Below are positions 34,933 through 35,875 of a stretch of DNA of 35,875 bases, piece after piece. The stretch is from Eremomyces bilateralis CBS 781.70 (lineage: Eukaryota), in assembly GCA_010015585.1 (NCBI GenBank), contig ML975175.1. One strand, given 5' to 3'. The first letter of the stretch is position 1. The number at the start of each line of letters is the position of its first letter. The translations under genes and the position numbers were made by a program. The notes under the pieces are model-generated. The model was given only the letters and a program-made list of their open reading frames with translations. It did not search any database and was not told the DNA's origin.

Positions 34933-35697
34933 TTATTTGTCAAAATCCAGAGGCTCTAAAGTGACAAAAACTTCCTCATCTGTTTCCTGGGGATCATTAT
35001 CATCCTCGTTATCATCTGTATCATCCCCATACTCGTTTTCGCCATCTGATGCAGTGAATATTCCCTCTGGCTGTCTCTCCGGTCGTCGTTGTATCGGTGA
35101 TACAACATCACTTTGGTCAATCGTTCTGATTGTGTCAACAGTATCTGCTCGCTTCCTCCGTCTTACTTTCCTTTTCGTTTCTTCCATCTCCACTAGTTTC
35201 CATGTCGTTCCGTCTTGTTCGCGCGAATACACCAAGAGCAGACATTGACGATGAAGGCGGGCCCTTGGTTGTGGCCGTTTGGCAAGAAGAGCTCGAGTCT
35301 GGAGCAATTCCGGGTGATGATTCGGCGGCCGACGCCGCTCTAACCATTGGTCGTTTCTTCTGACTTTTCGTGGCATTCAATTTCTGTGACTCTACGGGCG
35401 GGTACTAGGCGCGGTAAATCGAATGCCCGGCGCCTTTGCCTCGAATTAGGCTCTATAAGACCTGAATTAAATGCCCAGTTGATAGGCAATCCAGTGCCCG
35501 TGGGAGAGGCTCTCGAAACTGCTTATATAATCACGCCACTTCCTTGGCGAGCAATAACTTTTGAAATGGACCTCTGTAGTAGTGGGTAATATTCCGTAAC
35601 CGTGCCCACGGTAGATTTGAAGCTCCGACTCCATATCTTGATCCAGATTGACTCGGTGGGTAAGAGTTGGCAATACGATCTCCGGATCTAATGGCCA
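34933..35697 (-). pseudogene. Possible degraded gene 3' end abutting the second hAT insertion
   Basis: Frame WPLDPEIVLPTLTHRV... is open right up to the TIR at 35699, then broken by stops; fragments end in basic (RKVRRRKR) and acidic (DDTDDNEDDND) tracts. No family recognised. Confidence 0.3.
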
Positions 35698-35698
35698 A

Positions 35699-35875
35699 TA
35701 GGGCTGGACACGAATAAGGATTTTGGCTATTCGTATTCGACTTTTCCCTGGGAACGATTATTCGTATTCGACTAAATTTCGAGACGTTTTATTCGTATTA
35801 TTCGCGAATATTCGTAAATAATGCCAAGACTTATTCGGCAAAAGCCGAGCCAATGAATGAATGCCCAGCAGTCGC
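35699..35875. mobile_element. Left end of a second copy of the hAT element (truncated by window edge)
   Basis: 177 bp matching 18856-19032 with 7 mismatches, starting with the same TIR. Confidence 0.92.

Overview
Gene-dense eukaryotic DNA from a filamentous ascomycete (Pezizomycotina-type short GT-AG introns with CTRAY branch sites). Spliced models read by eye, in order: 3' part of a CCCH zinc-finger protein (missed by the ORF track), maltose/galactoside O-acetyltransferase, L-type lectin (VIP36/ERGIC-53-like), TIM13, NUC1, an intact Fot1/pogo-type DD35D transposon (54-bp perfect TIRs, TA TSD), a divergent methylcitrate synthase / methylisocitrate lyase pair, RNase P subunit RPR2, SUB2/UAP56 with a 522-nt hairpin-rich first intron, a DUF4246 pseudogene, a 491-bp hAT MITE with 8-bp TSD (second copy at the window end), an unknown conserved-looking protein, a YeeE/YedE-type membrane protein, a degenerate ~680-bp inverted-repeat element, a GPI-anchored Ser/Thr-rich protein, RRP12 with an RGG tail, an Mpv17/PMP22 protein and a Zn2Cys6 transcription factor. 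The best candidate for undescribed biology is the structured RNA in SUB2 intron 1. No database searches or folding programs were run.
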